A stretch of 64,000 nt of DNA from a virus (taxonomy: Duplodnaviria; Caudoviricetes). The DNA lies in IMG/VR virus record IMGVR_UViG_3300022915_000001, positions 9,210-73,209 of that record; one strand, written 5' to 3'. Both the position numbers and the translations under genes were made by a program. Positions 18,404 to 28,611 of the stretch are shown piece after piece (the first letter of the stretch is position 1; each line of letters opens with the position of its first letter). The notes below the pieces were generated by a model that worked only from the letters and a program-made list of their open reading frames with translations, made no database searches and had not been told where the DNA came from.

Positions 18404-20332
18404 TCAGCGGTTCGTCAACCAAGGCACGTAAAACACCGTGAAGTCGTTGATGTCCATGCGCTCGCCGAGGCCGGTCGTCCTGAACTCCACGGTCGTGTCA
18501 TGCGACTCCACGTCGCAGCCCATCTCGATCGAGTCGCGCGGAAGCTCCTGGAGTACGTGCGTGGCGAGTTCCTCGAAGAGATTGCGGCCCTCTACGTAGA
18601 CGCGCGAGCGGAGCATTCCCACTCCCTTAACCTTCGCCTCCACGGTCTGGACCTTCATGTCGACCGAGCTTGCGACGTTGCGCCGCTTGAAGACTTCGCC
18701 CGATTCCCAGATCGACACGATCGGCAGGGTCACGTCCGCGAACGCCGTGGGATCTTCCACCTGGATCGGCGTGGGCTGGTTGGGGCCCTGCCAGAGCCGG
18801 GACCGTTCGCTGGTCGCCTCGCGCACCATGCACGCCGAGCCGGCCGGCAGCGTATCCATCGAGAAGTCCACCTGGGTCGGCCCCCGGCCCCTGGCGTAGG
18901 ACCACGTAAGCCGGTGCGTGTTCTCGGTGGCTCCGTCCATCGGCGCGTAGACCATCACGCGCTGCCCGATCGGATCGTCGACGATCCAGAGCGAGAGCCG
19001 CGCGATGCCCCAGTTGATGCGCCGCCACTCCGGCTCGTTCATGTCCGAGACCGGGATCGCGTCATACGCGCCGTGGAACTCCCAGAGCCCCACTTCGTTG
19101 GCAACCCACGCCACGTCGCCGCTCGTATTGACGCAGACGCCGTGAATGGCGGTGGTGCCTTGCGATTGCGAGACGCTGTACGGGGCCGCCCACAGAACAG
19201 GAACGTCCTCGTTATCCACCGCCGCATACGTCCATTTTGGTCCGAAAAAGTAGTTCACTCCGCGAATGTGGCACGCGGTCACCAGCCACCGTTCGCCGGG
19301 AACCTGCAAGACGTGCTGGCCCTCGCTCACGCGCTCAAAGTCATCCTGGTCCGAGATGTACACATGGTTGCCGACAAAGTAGGCGATGCGCCGGCCGAGC
19401 TGGGCGAGGTTGAAAGGCTGGAACGGTCCCGTGTTGTCGGAGAACCGCGTCATGTAGTTGAAGTTGTCGGTGATCTCGGTGGCGCTCGCTTCGAGCACTT
19501 CATCGGCGATCGAGATATCCAGTTGGACCGGATAGAGCGTCCCCGGCATCACGGCGAGTTCAGTCCCCGGCACGATGAAGAACTTCTCGAGGTTCTCCAC
19601 GGTCGTCATGATCGCCGAGACGAAGGCGGCGTCATCGGGCCAGGTGGCCGAGATATTCATGCGGACGGTGGTGTCCCCCGCCGCCGTGAACGAGGGCGGC
19701 GTGAAGATCGCCGCGGAGTAGGGCGAGGGCTTCAGTTGCGAGCCGCTCCGCGAGGTGACGATGTAGCCGAACTTGTGCAACCCGATCGTCGTCTCGCCCG
19801 CGTATGGCTCGGTGAACGTGGGGACCACCGACATGGGCCCCATGAACGCCTTGTCGATGTTGTCGTAGCCAGCGCCCGCGAACGGATAGAGGATGCGGAC
19901 CTCGGTGGCTCCGGTGAAGCCGGTCGTATAGAAGGATACGTAGAGCCGGTCAGCCGCTTCGACGACGGTCGCGCCGTAGGCGCTCGCAATCGCCTCGGCG
20001 GTCGACTCATAGCTGAAGTAGAGGTTGCGGTAGCGGATCTGGCCGTTCTCGAAGGTGATCAGGAAGTTCTGCGGGACGCCGGCCCCCGTGGTGGTGGTAC
20101 TGAACGAGAGCCACTGGTACATCATCGTCATCTTGCCGGTCGCCATCAGACCGGCCAGGAACCCGTCGCGCCCGATCACACGGCCCCCGTCGAAGCGCAC
20201 GTTGATCGCGTTCGACGCCCGATTGGTGAGATAGGTGTTCTGGGCGCGGCTCCCGTTGGGTTCGGTGCGGGCCCTCGTCCAGGACCCGCGCAGATCGGTG
20301 ATGGCGCGTTGCTTGAGTTCGGCGAGGCTCAC
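18404..20332 (-). CDS. Tail tube/nozzle-like protein (P22 gp10 / T7 gp12-like position), 642 aa
   Basis: Beta-rich sequence (HVYISDQDDFE, YFFG, VWANEVGLWEFHG), size and position after the adaptor gene. Confidence 0.6.
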   Translation of the reverse strand: MSLAELKQRAITDLRGSWTRARTEPNGSRAQNTYLTNRASNAINVRFDGGRVIGRDGFLAGLMATGKMTMMYQWLSFSTTTTGAGVPQNFLITFENGQIRYRNLYFSYESTAEAIASAYGATVVEAADRLYVSFYTTGFTGATEVRILYPFAGAGYDNIDKAFMGPMSVVPTFTEPYAGETTIGLHKFGYIVTSRSGSQLKPSPYSAAIFTPPSFTAAGDTTVRMNISATWPDDAAFVSAIMTTVENLEKFFIVPGTELAVMPGTLYPVQLDISIADEVLEASATEITDNFNYMTRFSDNTGPFQPFNLAQLGRRIAYFVGNHVYISDQDDFERVSEGQHVLQVPGERWLVTACHIRGVNYFFGPKWTYAAVDNEDVPVLWAAPYSVSQSQGTTAIHGVCVNTSGDVAWVANEVGLWEFHGAYDAIPVSDMNEPEWRRINWGIARLSLWIVDDPIGQRVMVYAPMDGATENTHRLTWSYARGRGPTQVDFSMDTLPAGSACMVREATSERSRLWQGPNQPTPIQVEDPTAFADVTLPIVSIWESGEVFKRRNVASSVDMKVQTVEAKVKGVGMLRSRVYVEGRNLFEELATHVLQELPRDSIEMGCDVESHDTTVEFRTTGLGERMDINDFTVFYVPWLTNR

Positions 20333-20334
20333 GG

Positions 20335-20754
20335 TTAGGAATCGAAGAGGTACGAGATCACGTAGTCGATGGAAGTGCCGCCGGTCGCCGCCGCGCCGGT
20401 CTTCGCCACTCGCAGGTTAGTGCCGCGCTTGAGCGGAAGCCAGAACGCCGCGGACTTCACGTTCGTGCCGGCGGTCTCGGTGTGCACGATCGTGTCGCCC
20501 ATGTTGGCCGCGACAATCGTCACCAGATCCGTGGGCGTCGGAGCCTCGGTGGTTTGCAGGCGCATGTCGGTGAGTCCTGCGAAGGTTCCGTTCATCTTGA
20601 AGCGGAAGCCCAGAAGCTGGGTGGTTCGCGATTCAAAGCCGGGGATCACGAAACCGGCGTTGAGTTGGGCCAGCGTGATGACGCCCTGCGCGGCTTGCAC
20701 CGTGCGGGACTTGTAGATCGGCGTGCCGGGAATTTTCTCGGTGGCAAAGGACAT
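20335..20754 (-). CDS. Hypothetical virion protein, 139 aa
   Basis: Beta-rich, Thr/Ala-rich, in the structural operon. Confidence 0.6.
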   Translation of the reverse strand: MSFATEKIPGTPIYKSRTVQAAQGVITLAQLNAGFVIPGFESRTTQLLGFRFKMNGTFAGLTDMRLQTTEAPTPTDLVTIVAANMGDTIVHTETAGTNVKSAAFWLPLKRGTNLRVAKTGAAATGGTSIDYVISYLFDS

Positions 20755-20784
20755 GGGGTCTCCATTTTCTCCAGTACTGTAAAC

Positions 20785-21483
20785 TTACGGTCCAAAGATC
20801 GGGTAGTGGCCGCGCGGTCGTCTCCGGTTGGAGCCGACATGGTAGGCGGCCGGCTGAATGCGGCGCTCCTGCTGCATCCGCAACGAGGGCTGTATCAGGG
20901 CTTGCATGTGATTGGGGTCCACATAGACCTCCCGGCGCATGTTCCTCGGGATCTCGTTCAAGCCCTTGGGCGGGCCGGCAATCGCCGCGGCGAGCTTTGC
21001 GACGACGGTGAGGCAGTTGTCGATGCCCAAGCTGCCGGCGGTCGGCAGTTCCCCGCTTTCGAGGTAGGTGAAGCGGATTTGAATATCAGCCGTGGCGGCG
21101 TTGAAGCTGAAGACGCCCTTGCGCCAGGTGTAGTAGATCAGCCGGTCGGTCGGAGTCCACGGTGCCGGGAGGATCTCGGTGTATTCCACCGGGAAGAAGG
21201 CCACGTTCTGCGAGTTGACCGGACGCTCCTCGAGACGGATCAGCGTGCCGAAATTGGTGATCCCGGCATCGACCGGCTTGAGCGTCAGCGTCCCTGAGGT
21301 GAGCGTGAAGTAGGTGATCAGTTCGACGTGCTGGTCCTGGCACTTGACCATCTCGTCGATCATTTCGCGCCACGCCATCCCCACGGCCTGCACCAAATGG
21401 GGCGTGGTAAACCGCCGCTTGGTCGTATCGCCGAGATGGAAGGCTGCCTCGTCGATGGCTTGCTCAACAGTGGGGATGGCCAT
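20785..21483 (-). CDS. Head-tail adaptor-like protein, 232 aa
   Basis: MAIPTVEQAIDEAAFHLGD... helical N-terminus typical of adaptor proteins; position after the capsid genes. Confidence 0.55.
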   Translation of the reverse strand: MAIPTVEQAIDEAAFHLGDTTKRRFTTPHLVQAVGMAWREMIDEMVKCQDQHVELITYFTLTSGTLTLKPVDAGITNFGTLIRLEERPVNSQNVAFFPVEYTEILPAPWTPTDRLIYYTWRKGVFSFNAATADIQIRFTYLESGELPTAGSLGIDNCLTVVAKLAAAIAGPPKGLNEIPRNMRREVYVDPNHMQALIQPSLRMQQERRIQPAAYHVGSNRRRPRGHYPIFGP

Positions 21484-21500
21484 AGCGCGTGTCTCCTCGC

Positions 21501-22166
21501 CTAGCTCGGCTTCGCGGCGGCGGTCAGCGACTTCGGTGGAAATCCTTGGGCCGCCCGAATCTGATTGTACTTCTCGAGGTTTACGATCTCGCGGCACGTC
21601 GAGCACGTCGCCACGCCTATGGTGATCGGCGCATCGCAGTACGGGCAGCGGGTCTTGCCGATCGAGGCTTTGGCATCGAAATCCTGCCACGGTTCGCCCT
21701 GGATGTTGAGGAGCTTCCCCATGAACAGGTGCAGCTTGGTAATGTTGCGCCACTCGTTCGCCGCCGCGAAGAGCCGCGCCTCCCTCACCTTCGAGGAGGC
21801 GAACATCATCTGCTTCTCGCTGAACTCCTTGATCTCCTCGGAGAAGGTGACCTGCTCGAAGGTCGGGTTCTCGGTCGGATGGAGCCAGATGCCGGGGACG
21901 CCCGCGTCATCGGGCATGTTCTTGTGATCGCGCCACTGGCGCACCAGATCGGCGGCGGTCTCGTAGGAAGGGATGGTGATCGTCTGGTGAGCGCCCTTCC
22001 CCATATAGATGTAGTTGTCGTAGTCCTCCACCACCAGCATGGCGGGGATCTCCACCGATCCCGGCTGGAGGACGAAGTGATTCGAGTACGTGGGCTTCTT
22101 GGGCATGTGCAGGGCGCGGTAGGCGATCTCCTGCATGGGCCAGATCGAGACGATGGTTCTACTCAA
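21501..22166 (-). CDS. Hypothetical protein with a C-terminal zinc ribbon
   Basis: CPYC-x10-CSTC near the C-terminus. Confidence 0.65.
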   Translation of the reverse strand: MSRTIVSIWPMQEIAYRALHMPKKPTYSNHFVLQPGSVEIPAMLVVEDYDNYIYMGKGAHQTITIPSYETAADLVRQWRDHKNMPDDAGVPGIWLHPTENPTFEQVTFSEEIKEFSEKQMMFASSKVREARLFAAANEWRNITKLHLFMGKLLNIQGEPWQDFDAKASIGKTRCPYCDAPITIGVATCSTCREIVNLEKYNQIRAAQGFPPKSLTAAAKPS

Positions 22167-22767
22167 CGGTTTGCTCCTGGTGGTTTTCTCGGAACTCTTT
22201 GCTGGGCAGCGACACGTAATCCTTGGCGCCGGGAAGGTGGTCGAACGCGAAGAACGAATCGTGGATCTCGTCCTGCACCGGCCCGCTCTCGATGCGCTTC
22301 TTCTCTGCGATGCGGACGAGCGCCTCCTGCTCGTGGTCCTCGAGCGACATGCCCAGATGACGCCTGAGGTGATAGATGAGCGCGGTGGTCACGTCGTGCG
22401 ACGGCTCCTCGCCGTCGGGCATGGGACTGCCCACCATGTGGTACTCGCCGCGGCTCGGATAGGGCCAGCCCTCGCCGAATATGGCGAGCCACTCGCCGCG
22501 CCGCAGGAAGGTCCACTTGGAAAACGCCCAGCGGTTCGGACCCACGATATCCGCGACGGAGAATCGGTCGTACCGCGTTTCGACCGCCCACAGTTGTTCG
22601 CCGTTCGCGGTGACGACGAGCCGGGGCGCGGCGTGGTCCTTCTTCTCAAAGCCGCCGAGGTCTTGCGTGAGGGACCACTTGTAGTTCGGCTCTCCAAAGT
22701 CGTTGTACCCGAACTCCGCGGCGAGCCGGTTCTGGAGTTCGGCAAGGAGTTTGTGATCCATAGACAT
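22159..22767 (-). CDS. Hypothetical protein, about 202 aa
   Basis: Protein-like ORF following the major capsid gene. Confidence 0.65.
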   Translation of the reverse strand: MSMDHKLLAELQNRLAAEFGYNDFGEPNYKWSLTQDLGGFEKKDHAAPRLVVTANGEQLWAVETRYDRFSVADIVGPNRWAFSKWTFLRRGEWLAIFGEGWPYPSRGEYHMVGSPMPDGEEPSHDVTTALIYHLRRHLGMSLEDHEQEALVRIAEKKRIESGPVQDEIHDSFFAFDHLPGAKDYVSLPSKEFRENHQEQTVE

Positions 22768-22819
22768 GGGTAATTTACGGGACCAGGCTGGCATATCCCG
22801 GTCCCGTTGACCTCAATGG

Positions 22820-24076
22820 CTAATAGGTCGGTTGCGCGAGGTTAAAAATAACCCCGGCGTTCCCAAAATTCTGACACAAGTAGTCGCGCAGCACATACAG
22901 CGCGAACCATGCCGTCGCGGCCGGCGAGCCATCGGTGGCGTAGAGCGGGAACAGCTTGTTGCCGTTCATCTCAAACCATCCGACTGGGTCGATCTCGGCG
23001 ATCGACCAATCCTGCGGAGTGATGTAATCGATGCGGTCGGTGGCCTGGTGCGGGTCCACCCACGCCGGGATTCCCGCAAACATGAAGCGCATGTCGACCT
23101 TGGGCATCAGGTCCGCATTCACCTTGCCGTTGGACAAATCGTAGTTGGAAATGTCCCACACGTTTTGGCGAATATTGGCTTGCTGCTTCTGGTTGACTAA
23201 GGCCATCATGCCGCTCGGCGTGCCTTGGTCGATCTTCCTGCGCTCGATGATCTGGTGCGCGATCTGCATCCCCATTTGGACTGTGGGAACGGAAGCGCCG
23301 CCGTCGCGCACGTTAACCAAAATCTCCGGTTCGTTCGCGCGGTTCACGCCGTGCGTGGTTCCGGAGGTCGCGGTGTTGTTATGGTATAACAACCCTTTTA
23401 ATCCTGCCGGCGTTGCACCGGACGTGCCTTCAAAGACGATCTTGTCGGTATTGGCCGCGCCGGCAATCGTGACCGCGAAAGTAAGTGCGCGGGTCTGGTA
23501 GTTGATCGAGAGCAGCTTGAAGGGACCGCCCGCTTTCGGAGCCGCGAGCGCGGCGTCGTACACGTTGTACCACTCCCCGCGCCTGAAGCCCTGCACGCCG
23601 TTGGCAGTGTCCATCACATACACGGTCTTGCCGCCAACGGTCGAGAACGAGATGGCCGTGCCGAGCACCGCCGTGCCGTCGCCCATGTGCCACGCCCTGT
23701 CGATGAAATCGGCAAAGTCGGGGATCATGGTCTTCAGCAATTTCTTGAAGCCTTGCAGCCGGGACTGCTCGGCAGCCGCGGTGGCGCGGGACGCCAGTTG
23801 CGTGATCTGGCCTCTGAAGCTGAAGGGGAAATAGGTGGTGATCATCACACCGCCTTCCTGCGCCGAACCGAGTCCCAGGCCGCCGCCGTCAGGATTGTAC
23901 GTTCCGACTCTGCCCCCATTTGTAGTTAAGTAAGTAGCGCGGAAATCCCGCTCACTTACCTTCTCAACATCCGCTTTGGAGTTGATCATATTGACGATCG
24001 TGTCGAATCTGCCGAACCAGTCGGGCAGCTTCGGCGCAACCTTTTCCATTTGCGCGAAAACGAGATCTGTGGCCAC
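22820..24076 (-). CDS. Major capsid protein (HK97 fold presumed), 418 aa
   Basis: Follows the scaffold. Contains a GDGTAVLG motif and a capsid-like C-terminus; codon usage is distinct from its neighbours. Confidence 0.75.
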   Translation of the reverse strand: MATDLVFAQMEKVAPKLPDWFGRFDTIVNMINSKADVEKVSERDFRATYLTTNGGRVGTYNPDGGGLGLGSAQEGGVMITTYFPFSFRGQITQLASRATAAAEQSRLQGFKKLLKTMIPDFADFIDRAWHMGDGTAVLGTAISFSTVGGKTVYVMDTANGVQGFRRGEWYNVYDAALAAPKAGGPFKLLSINYQTRALTFAVTIAGAANTDKIVFEGTSGATPAGLKGLLYHNNTATSGTTHGVNRANEPEILVNVRDGGASVPTVQMGMQIAHQIIERRKIDQGTPSGMMALVNQKQQANIRQNVWDISNYDLSNGKVNADLMPKVDMRFMFAGIPAWVDPHQATDRIDYITPQDWSIAEIDPVGWFEMNGNKLFPLYATDGSPAATAWFALYVLRDYLCQNFGNAGVIFNLAQPTY

Positions 24077-24132
24077 GAGTTTCTCCCTGAGTAACTTGAG
24101 TCAGGCCACGCGAAAATGACAGTCGTTAAGGG

Positions 24133-25575
24133 TTAGTTGAAAGCAGCTTCTAACTCGTTCGCCCAGGACTTGGAGTCGAACTTGCTTCCGCTGGCCGGTG
24201 GCGCCGTCGTACCATTCGGGGCGTTGCCCCCCGCTGGTGTTCCGCGTAGCGATTGCGTACCTGCGAGCCGCTTGTGAGTCTGGTCGCTTTTGGCTTTGAT
24301 GGCCTGAGCGGACTCGGACAGGATGGCAGGAGCCTTCTCGCGAAGAACCTGTTCTGCCCTAGCGGCATATAACTGCATCACACGCGCACGCCAACTCTCG
24401 CGGACACTTTCGCTTCCGGCAATCGAGGCTTGCTTGAAACATCGCGCCCGCTCGGCCACAAACTTCTGGTCGTTCACAAGCGCATCACGGATCTCCTCGC
24501 GAAGTCGTATTTCCACGTTCTTGCGAGTCTGGGGAAAATTCTTGAGGGAGGCATCGACCGGCTTGAGGGTTTTGCCAATGGCATCCCACACGGTCTGCTC
24601 CACCTGGGCATCGGCGGCGTTGTACCAGGCATCCCACTGGGCCCGGGACCGCTCGGCGTCGATGTTATTAAGGTGCTGTTCCCGGTCGGCCAGTTCCTGG
24701 CGCTGGGTGGCGAGCGGATCGGGCGCGGCGGTGGCCGGCTGCCCCAATAGCTCGGACTTCTTCCGGTAGTTGCCGGTCAGGGCGATATCGGCCCGCTGGA
24801 CCGAGGAGAGGAGGATCTTGCCCTCGTCGGTGTCGAGGCCGGCCGCGAGCGCCTTCTTATAAAGACCGTCGAAGGTGTGCGCGTTGATCCGCTGCTCCAG
24901 CCCCCGGATCACCTCGGGAGCCTGGACGGACGCCGCATGGAGCAGCGCATCGGCCATCGTCTCTTTCGGATTGTGCGCGGTGTGCTTCTGATCCATCGCC
25001 TTCTGGGCGGTCGAGAACAGGTAGGCGAACGCCTTGGCCTGCTCGGCGGGATCAGGGGACATGAGGTCGAAATCGATGTTGTCGAGAATCCGCTTGTCGG
25101 ACGCCAGCGCCTGGACGGTCTGCTGGGTGACCGGACCAGGAAGGTTCAGTTCCTTGGTGAGCATCTTCGCGGCCTGATAACCGGCGAAGACCTCCTTGCC
25201 TCTGGCCTCGGGATAGCGAATCCACTTCTTGCCGCGCTGCTCGTACTCTTCGCCGCCGCGCTCGTCCTCGGGGACCTCGGGCGCGGCTTCTACCGGCTCC
25301 GTGGCGGGCTTGGCGGGATCGGCAACCGCTGGCTCCTCGGTAGTCGAGTCGCTCTCGTAATCAATCGGCGTCTTGGCCTGGACCGTCGAGTCCTGGGGAT
25401 TCTTCGCCGTCTCGCTCGGTGCGCTCTCCGTCTCGGCGGGGGAGCTTTCGGTCTCGCTCGAATCGCTGGACGAATCGCTCGTCACATCGGCGAACATCGA
25501 GTCGATTTCGGCGCTGATACTCGTGGCAGCGGGCGTAGAGGACGCTGCGACGGCTCCGGGTTCTTCCATTGCCAT
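24133..25575 (-). CDS. Capsid scaffolding protein, 480 aa
   Basis: Acidic disordered N-terminus, helical body, C-terminal helix KSWANELEAAFN; lies between portal and capsid. Confidence 0.7.
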   Translation of the reverse strand: MAMEEPGAVAASSTPAATSISAEIDSMFADVTSDSSSDSSETESSPAETESAPSETAKNPQDSTVQAKTPIDYESDSTTEEPAVADPAKPATEPVEAAPEVPEDERGGEEYEQRGKKWIRYPEARGKEVFAGYQAAKMLTKELNLPGPVTQQTVQALASDKRILDNIDFDLMSPDPAEQAKAFAYLFSTAQKAMDQKHTAHNPKETMADALLHAASVQAPEVIRGLEQRINAHTFDGLYKKALAAGLDTDEGKILLSSVQRADIALTGNYRKKSELLGQPATAAPDPLATQRQELADREQHLNNIDAERSRAQWDAWYNAADAQVEQTVWDAIGKTLKPVDASLKNFPQTRKNVEIRLREEIRDALVNDQKFVAERARCFKQASIAGSESVRESWRARVMQLYAARAEQVLREKAPAILSESAQAIKAKSDQTHKRLAGTQSLRGTPAGGNAPNGTTAPPASGSKFDSKSWANELEAAFN

Positions 25576-25591
25576 CTTTTATAACACGGCT

Positions 25592-27856
25592 TTACGCGGG
25601 GGGCGCAGCGGCTTCTTCTTCGACGGGGGCCGGCGCTTGCGCCGCCATCATCGCCGCCTGGGCCGCGGCGTCCTGCGCCATGCCGTGCAATTTGACGTTC
25701 TGGAAATACATCGACGGGTCGGCTTCGGCTTGCTGGCCGGCCGGTGACATGCACCACTCGCGGATGATCGTCGAGATCGTGGCGTGGTCCTGATCGAGGA
25801 AAGGATCGGGCTGCATCGAGCAGGTTTCCTGCATCGGCTGCATGGTCGTCGGGTCCATCTGGGGAGCGCCGGTCATCGGGTCGACCGGCGGCGGGACCGG
25901 CGGCTCGGCGAGGAGTTTCTGGATGCGGTTCATCACCATGATGAAGACGAACTCGCCGGGGGCGTAGAAGTCCTCCACGCCGAAATACGCCTTGGTCTGC
26001 TGCGCGTTGATCGGATGGCCGAGGCCGATCGCCTGGGCCAGTTGCGGCGCTTCCTGCGCGAGGCCCGATAACTTGGTGACCTTCTCGTTGTAGCTCTGCG
26101 GCGCGGTGTCCGCGGCTTCGATATGCCAGCCCACTTCTTCAAGCTCGGCCATGTCGATGGCTTCGCCGATCTCGCCGAACCCTGACGAGGGGACCGACAC
26201 CTGGCCCACGCCGTGCCGCGCTCCGAGGCGAATGCCGTCCTCCAAAATGTCGCTCACGAAGTTTTGCATGGACTCAAACGGCAACTGTAGTCCTTGCAAC
26301 GCCCCGGCTTTTTGTTGCTGATCCTGGCGCCACGTCGGAGCGGGATCGCCGCCGCCGAAAAGGGCCGGCTGGATGTTATCGGCTTCCCTCGTGTACTGGC
26401 GCATCGCCTCGCCCACCGGCATCAGGCCCTGATGGAGTTGGGCTGTGGGAATAGTTACGAACGCTTTTGACAAGTCGAGGCCGCCCGTGCGCGTGAACAA
26501 AAGCTCGTTGACGGTCCCCGATTTTTTCACGGTCTCGGGGTTCAGGATCTGCGAGTCAACGATGTGTTTTGGAATCCCCCGCATGATAATTTCATCGGCC
26601 ATATTCCAAAAATTGTTGATCGAGTCCTGCTGCCCGATAATGTTGTGCGCGAGGCCGGGGCCCATGATGTACGGGTTGGTTCCCGATTTGCACGCGCTCC
26701 AGTGCTCGGTCATCTTCGACTCGTCGACCGCCACCGGACGCCCGCCCATCCGGTGAATGAGGCAGCCGTCCGCGAAGATCTTCTCGGCAGACCGGCGCAT
26801 GTCGCGCGGCATCCCGTCATACGCTTTCGGGTTGAGCCACCTTCTTCCATACGACACCGTTTCCTGCACGCGATCGATCGTGCGGTCGTTGGGGTTCTGC
26901 ACTTCCTCGAGAATGCGCCGCGCCTCGTCGACGTTCTCGTCCACGTCCCAGTCAGCAATCGGGGACAAGTCCTTCTTTGCTGCGTTCAGCCGCTGCAAGA
27001 CCAGTTGCGCTTTCTTCTTCGAGAGCGGCAGCGAGTAGTCGAGCCACTCGCAATCGTCATCAATCCACTTGGCCTCGTAGGGGACCATCACCTGGATGCA
27101 GGAGAGCAACTGAAGCTCGGGCATCCCCTTGGCGTAGGACTGCTCACCGACTTCGACGGTCTGATCCATCATCGGGCCGGGAGTGACCGGGGACATGGCG
27201 GGATCGAGCGGGGAGCCGCAGTTGACGCACGCCTCGCTGCCTTCGGGGTTCTCGGTCATGCCGCACGCTGGGCAGAGCATCGTGCCGAGGCCCTGCACCT
27301 GTTCGATGCCGTAGACCGGCTCCTTGTGATAGCCGTGCTTGCGCCCGTCGACCACATGATCGACGAAGCCGAACACCGGCCCCGTATTCCAGATGACTTC
27401 CGCAATTTCATTCGGGGCCCGCCGTTGCAGCTTCCAATACCTGAGCAGATGCCGCGCCATCGTGTTCGCCTTGCCGGCCGTCTGCGTCTGGTTGAAGTCC
27501 TGGATGTCGTCGGCCACCGCTTTCTGGTTCAGGCGGCGCTGGCCCACCAGGCTGTTGAACTTCTGGCCGTCCGAATAAATGATGTTGTACACGTTGGCGA
27601 AGACGCGCTGCGTCTCTTCCTTGAAGTCCATCGGAACCCAGTCGAACGAACCCAGGTGCGAGTCCCACTTGAGATGGCCGTACTGCTTGCCCTCCCAATA
27701 GAACAAGGCTCTTTTCGCACGCAGGAGTTGCGCGGTGCGGGCCGCACTGAGCGGCTGGTCGAGATCCTCGCGTATCCACTGGCCGAGCTTCGACGAATAG
27801 ACTTTGACGAAGTCTGCCGGCGTCACCACTGTCTTTGAATCGGTATCGGCAATCAC
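25592..27856 (-). CDS. Portal protein, 754 aa, with a zinc-ribbon insertion
   Basis: Size, position after TerL, P22-like Pro/Gln-rich C-terminus, and a CPAC...CVNC insert. Confidence 0.75.
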   Translation of the reverse strand: MIADTDSKTVVTPADFVKVYSSKLGQWIREDLDQPLSAARTAQLLRAKRALFYWEGKQYGHLKWDSHLGSFDWVPMDFKEETQRVFANVYNIIYSDGQKFNSLVGQRRLNQKAVADDIQDFNQTQTAGKANTMARHLLRYWKLQRRAPNEIAEVIWNTGPVFGFVDHVVDGRKHGYHKEPVYGIEQVQGLGTMLCPACGMTENPEGSEACVNCGSPLDPAMSPVTPGPMMDQTVEVGEQSYAKGMPELQLLSCIQVMVPYEAKWIDDDCEWLDYSLPLSKKKAQLVLQRLNAAKKDLSPIADWDVDENVDEARRILEEVQNPNDRTIDRVQETVSYGRRWLNPKAYDGMPRDMRRSAEKIFADGCLIHRMGGRPVAVDESKMTEHWSACKSGTNPYIMGPGLAHNIIGQQDSINNFWNMADEIIMRGIPKHIVDSQILNPETVKKSGTVNELLFTRTGGLDLSKAFVTIPTAQLHQGLMPVGEAMRQYTREADNIQPALFGGGDPAPTWRQDQQQKAGALQGLQLPFESMQNFVSDILEDGIRLGARHGVGQVSVPSSGFGEIGEAIDMAELEEVGWHIEAADTAPQSYNEKVTKLSGLAQEAPQLAQAIGLGHPINAQQTKAYFGVEDFYAPGEFVFIMVMNRIQKLLAEPPVPPPVDPMTGAPQMDPTTMQPMQETCSMQPDPFLDQDHATISTIIREWCMSPAGQQAEADPSMYFQNVKLHGMAQDAAAQAAMMAAQAPAPVEEEAAAPPA

Positions 27857-27859
27857 GAG

Positions 27860-28252
27860 TTAGTCGCTCCCTGCGTTCATCTTTTCCATGTCGCGGTAGA
27901 AGTCCTCGAAAGCCTTCCCCGAACGGCGCGAGACCAGGGCGCTCGCGTTGACCGAATCCGGTTGCACCGCGCCCTCGCGCGGATGGAACTGCTCGGGCAT
28001 CCCGCCGATATTCTCGAACTGCTTCTTCCCCCAGGAGTACTGCGAGAATATGTTGATCACCAGCTTGTAGGCGGCGTCTTTGTCCAGGCTCATCTGGGCG
28101 CGTTCGGTCTCTAACGCTTCCAGCCGTGAGCGCATGGCGAGTATTTCGCCCTGGAAATGCGCCGCCTCCAGCGCCTTCTCCGCAGCAATGTCGTAGGCCC
28201 GCCGCACGCCGGGGATGAGCAGGATGAGCGAGGTCCAGAATCCGGGGCGCAT
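27860..28252 (-). CDS. Hypothetical protein, 130 aa, hydrophobic N-terminus plus coiled coil
   Basis: ORF track; packed in the operon. Confidence 0.6.
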   Translation of the reverse strand: MRPGFWTSLILLIPGVRRAYDIAAEKALEAAHFQGEILAMRSRLEALETERAQMSLDKDAAYKLVINIFSQYSWGKKQFENIGGMPEQFHPREGAVQPDSVNASALVSRRSGKAFEDFYRDMEKMNAGSD

Positions 28253-28254
28253 GG

Positions 28255-28611
28255 TCAGTACGCTTCTTCGAGGTCTTCTTCTTCGGTGTCTTCGATGCCG
28301 AGCATCTCCTCTTCGCCCTCGTCCTCGGGGAGCGTGTCGCCCTCGCCGCCTTCGCCGAGCAGCGTGAAGCTATCGCAGTGGCCCTGCGGTTCGGCGTCGA
28401 AGTTGTGCTTCTTGCACTGCATGGCGTCCTCGTCGAAGTACTCGCAGGTTTCGCAGCGTTCGGCGGCGCTGGTGTAGTTGACCGATTCATGGGAGGTCTT
28501 GGTGGAGCCTCCCTGCCTGACGGGGCCGGCCTGGGCTGATTTCGCGGGCGGCGGCATCGCCTCTTCGGGAGACGGCGGCGGCGCTCCCAACTCGTCCATT
28601 GATGGGCTCAT
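28255..28611 (-). CDS. Small protein with a HiPIP-like 4-Cys motif and an acidic tail
   Basis: ERCETCEYF-x6-C-x11-GHCDSF. Confidence 0.6.
   Translation of the reverse strand: MSPSMDELGAPPPSPEEAMPPPAKSAQAGPVRQGGSTKTSHESVNYTSAAERCETCEYFDEDAMQCKKHNFDAEPQGHCDSFTLLGEGGEGDTLPEDEGEEEMLGIEDTEEEDLEEAY

Noticed and set aside
17282-20338. Long plus-strand ORFs (1018 aa here; also 8064-9989, 26564-27838 and others)
   Set aside because: They are antisense shadows of real minus-strand genes, expected at high GC3, with no motifs or SD.
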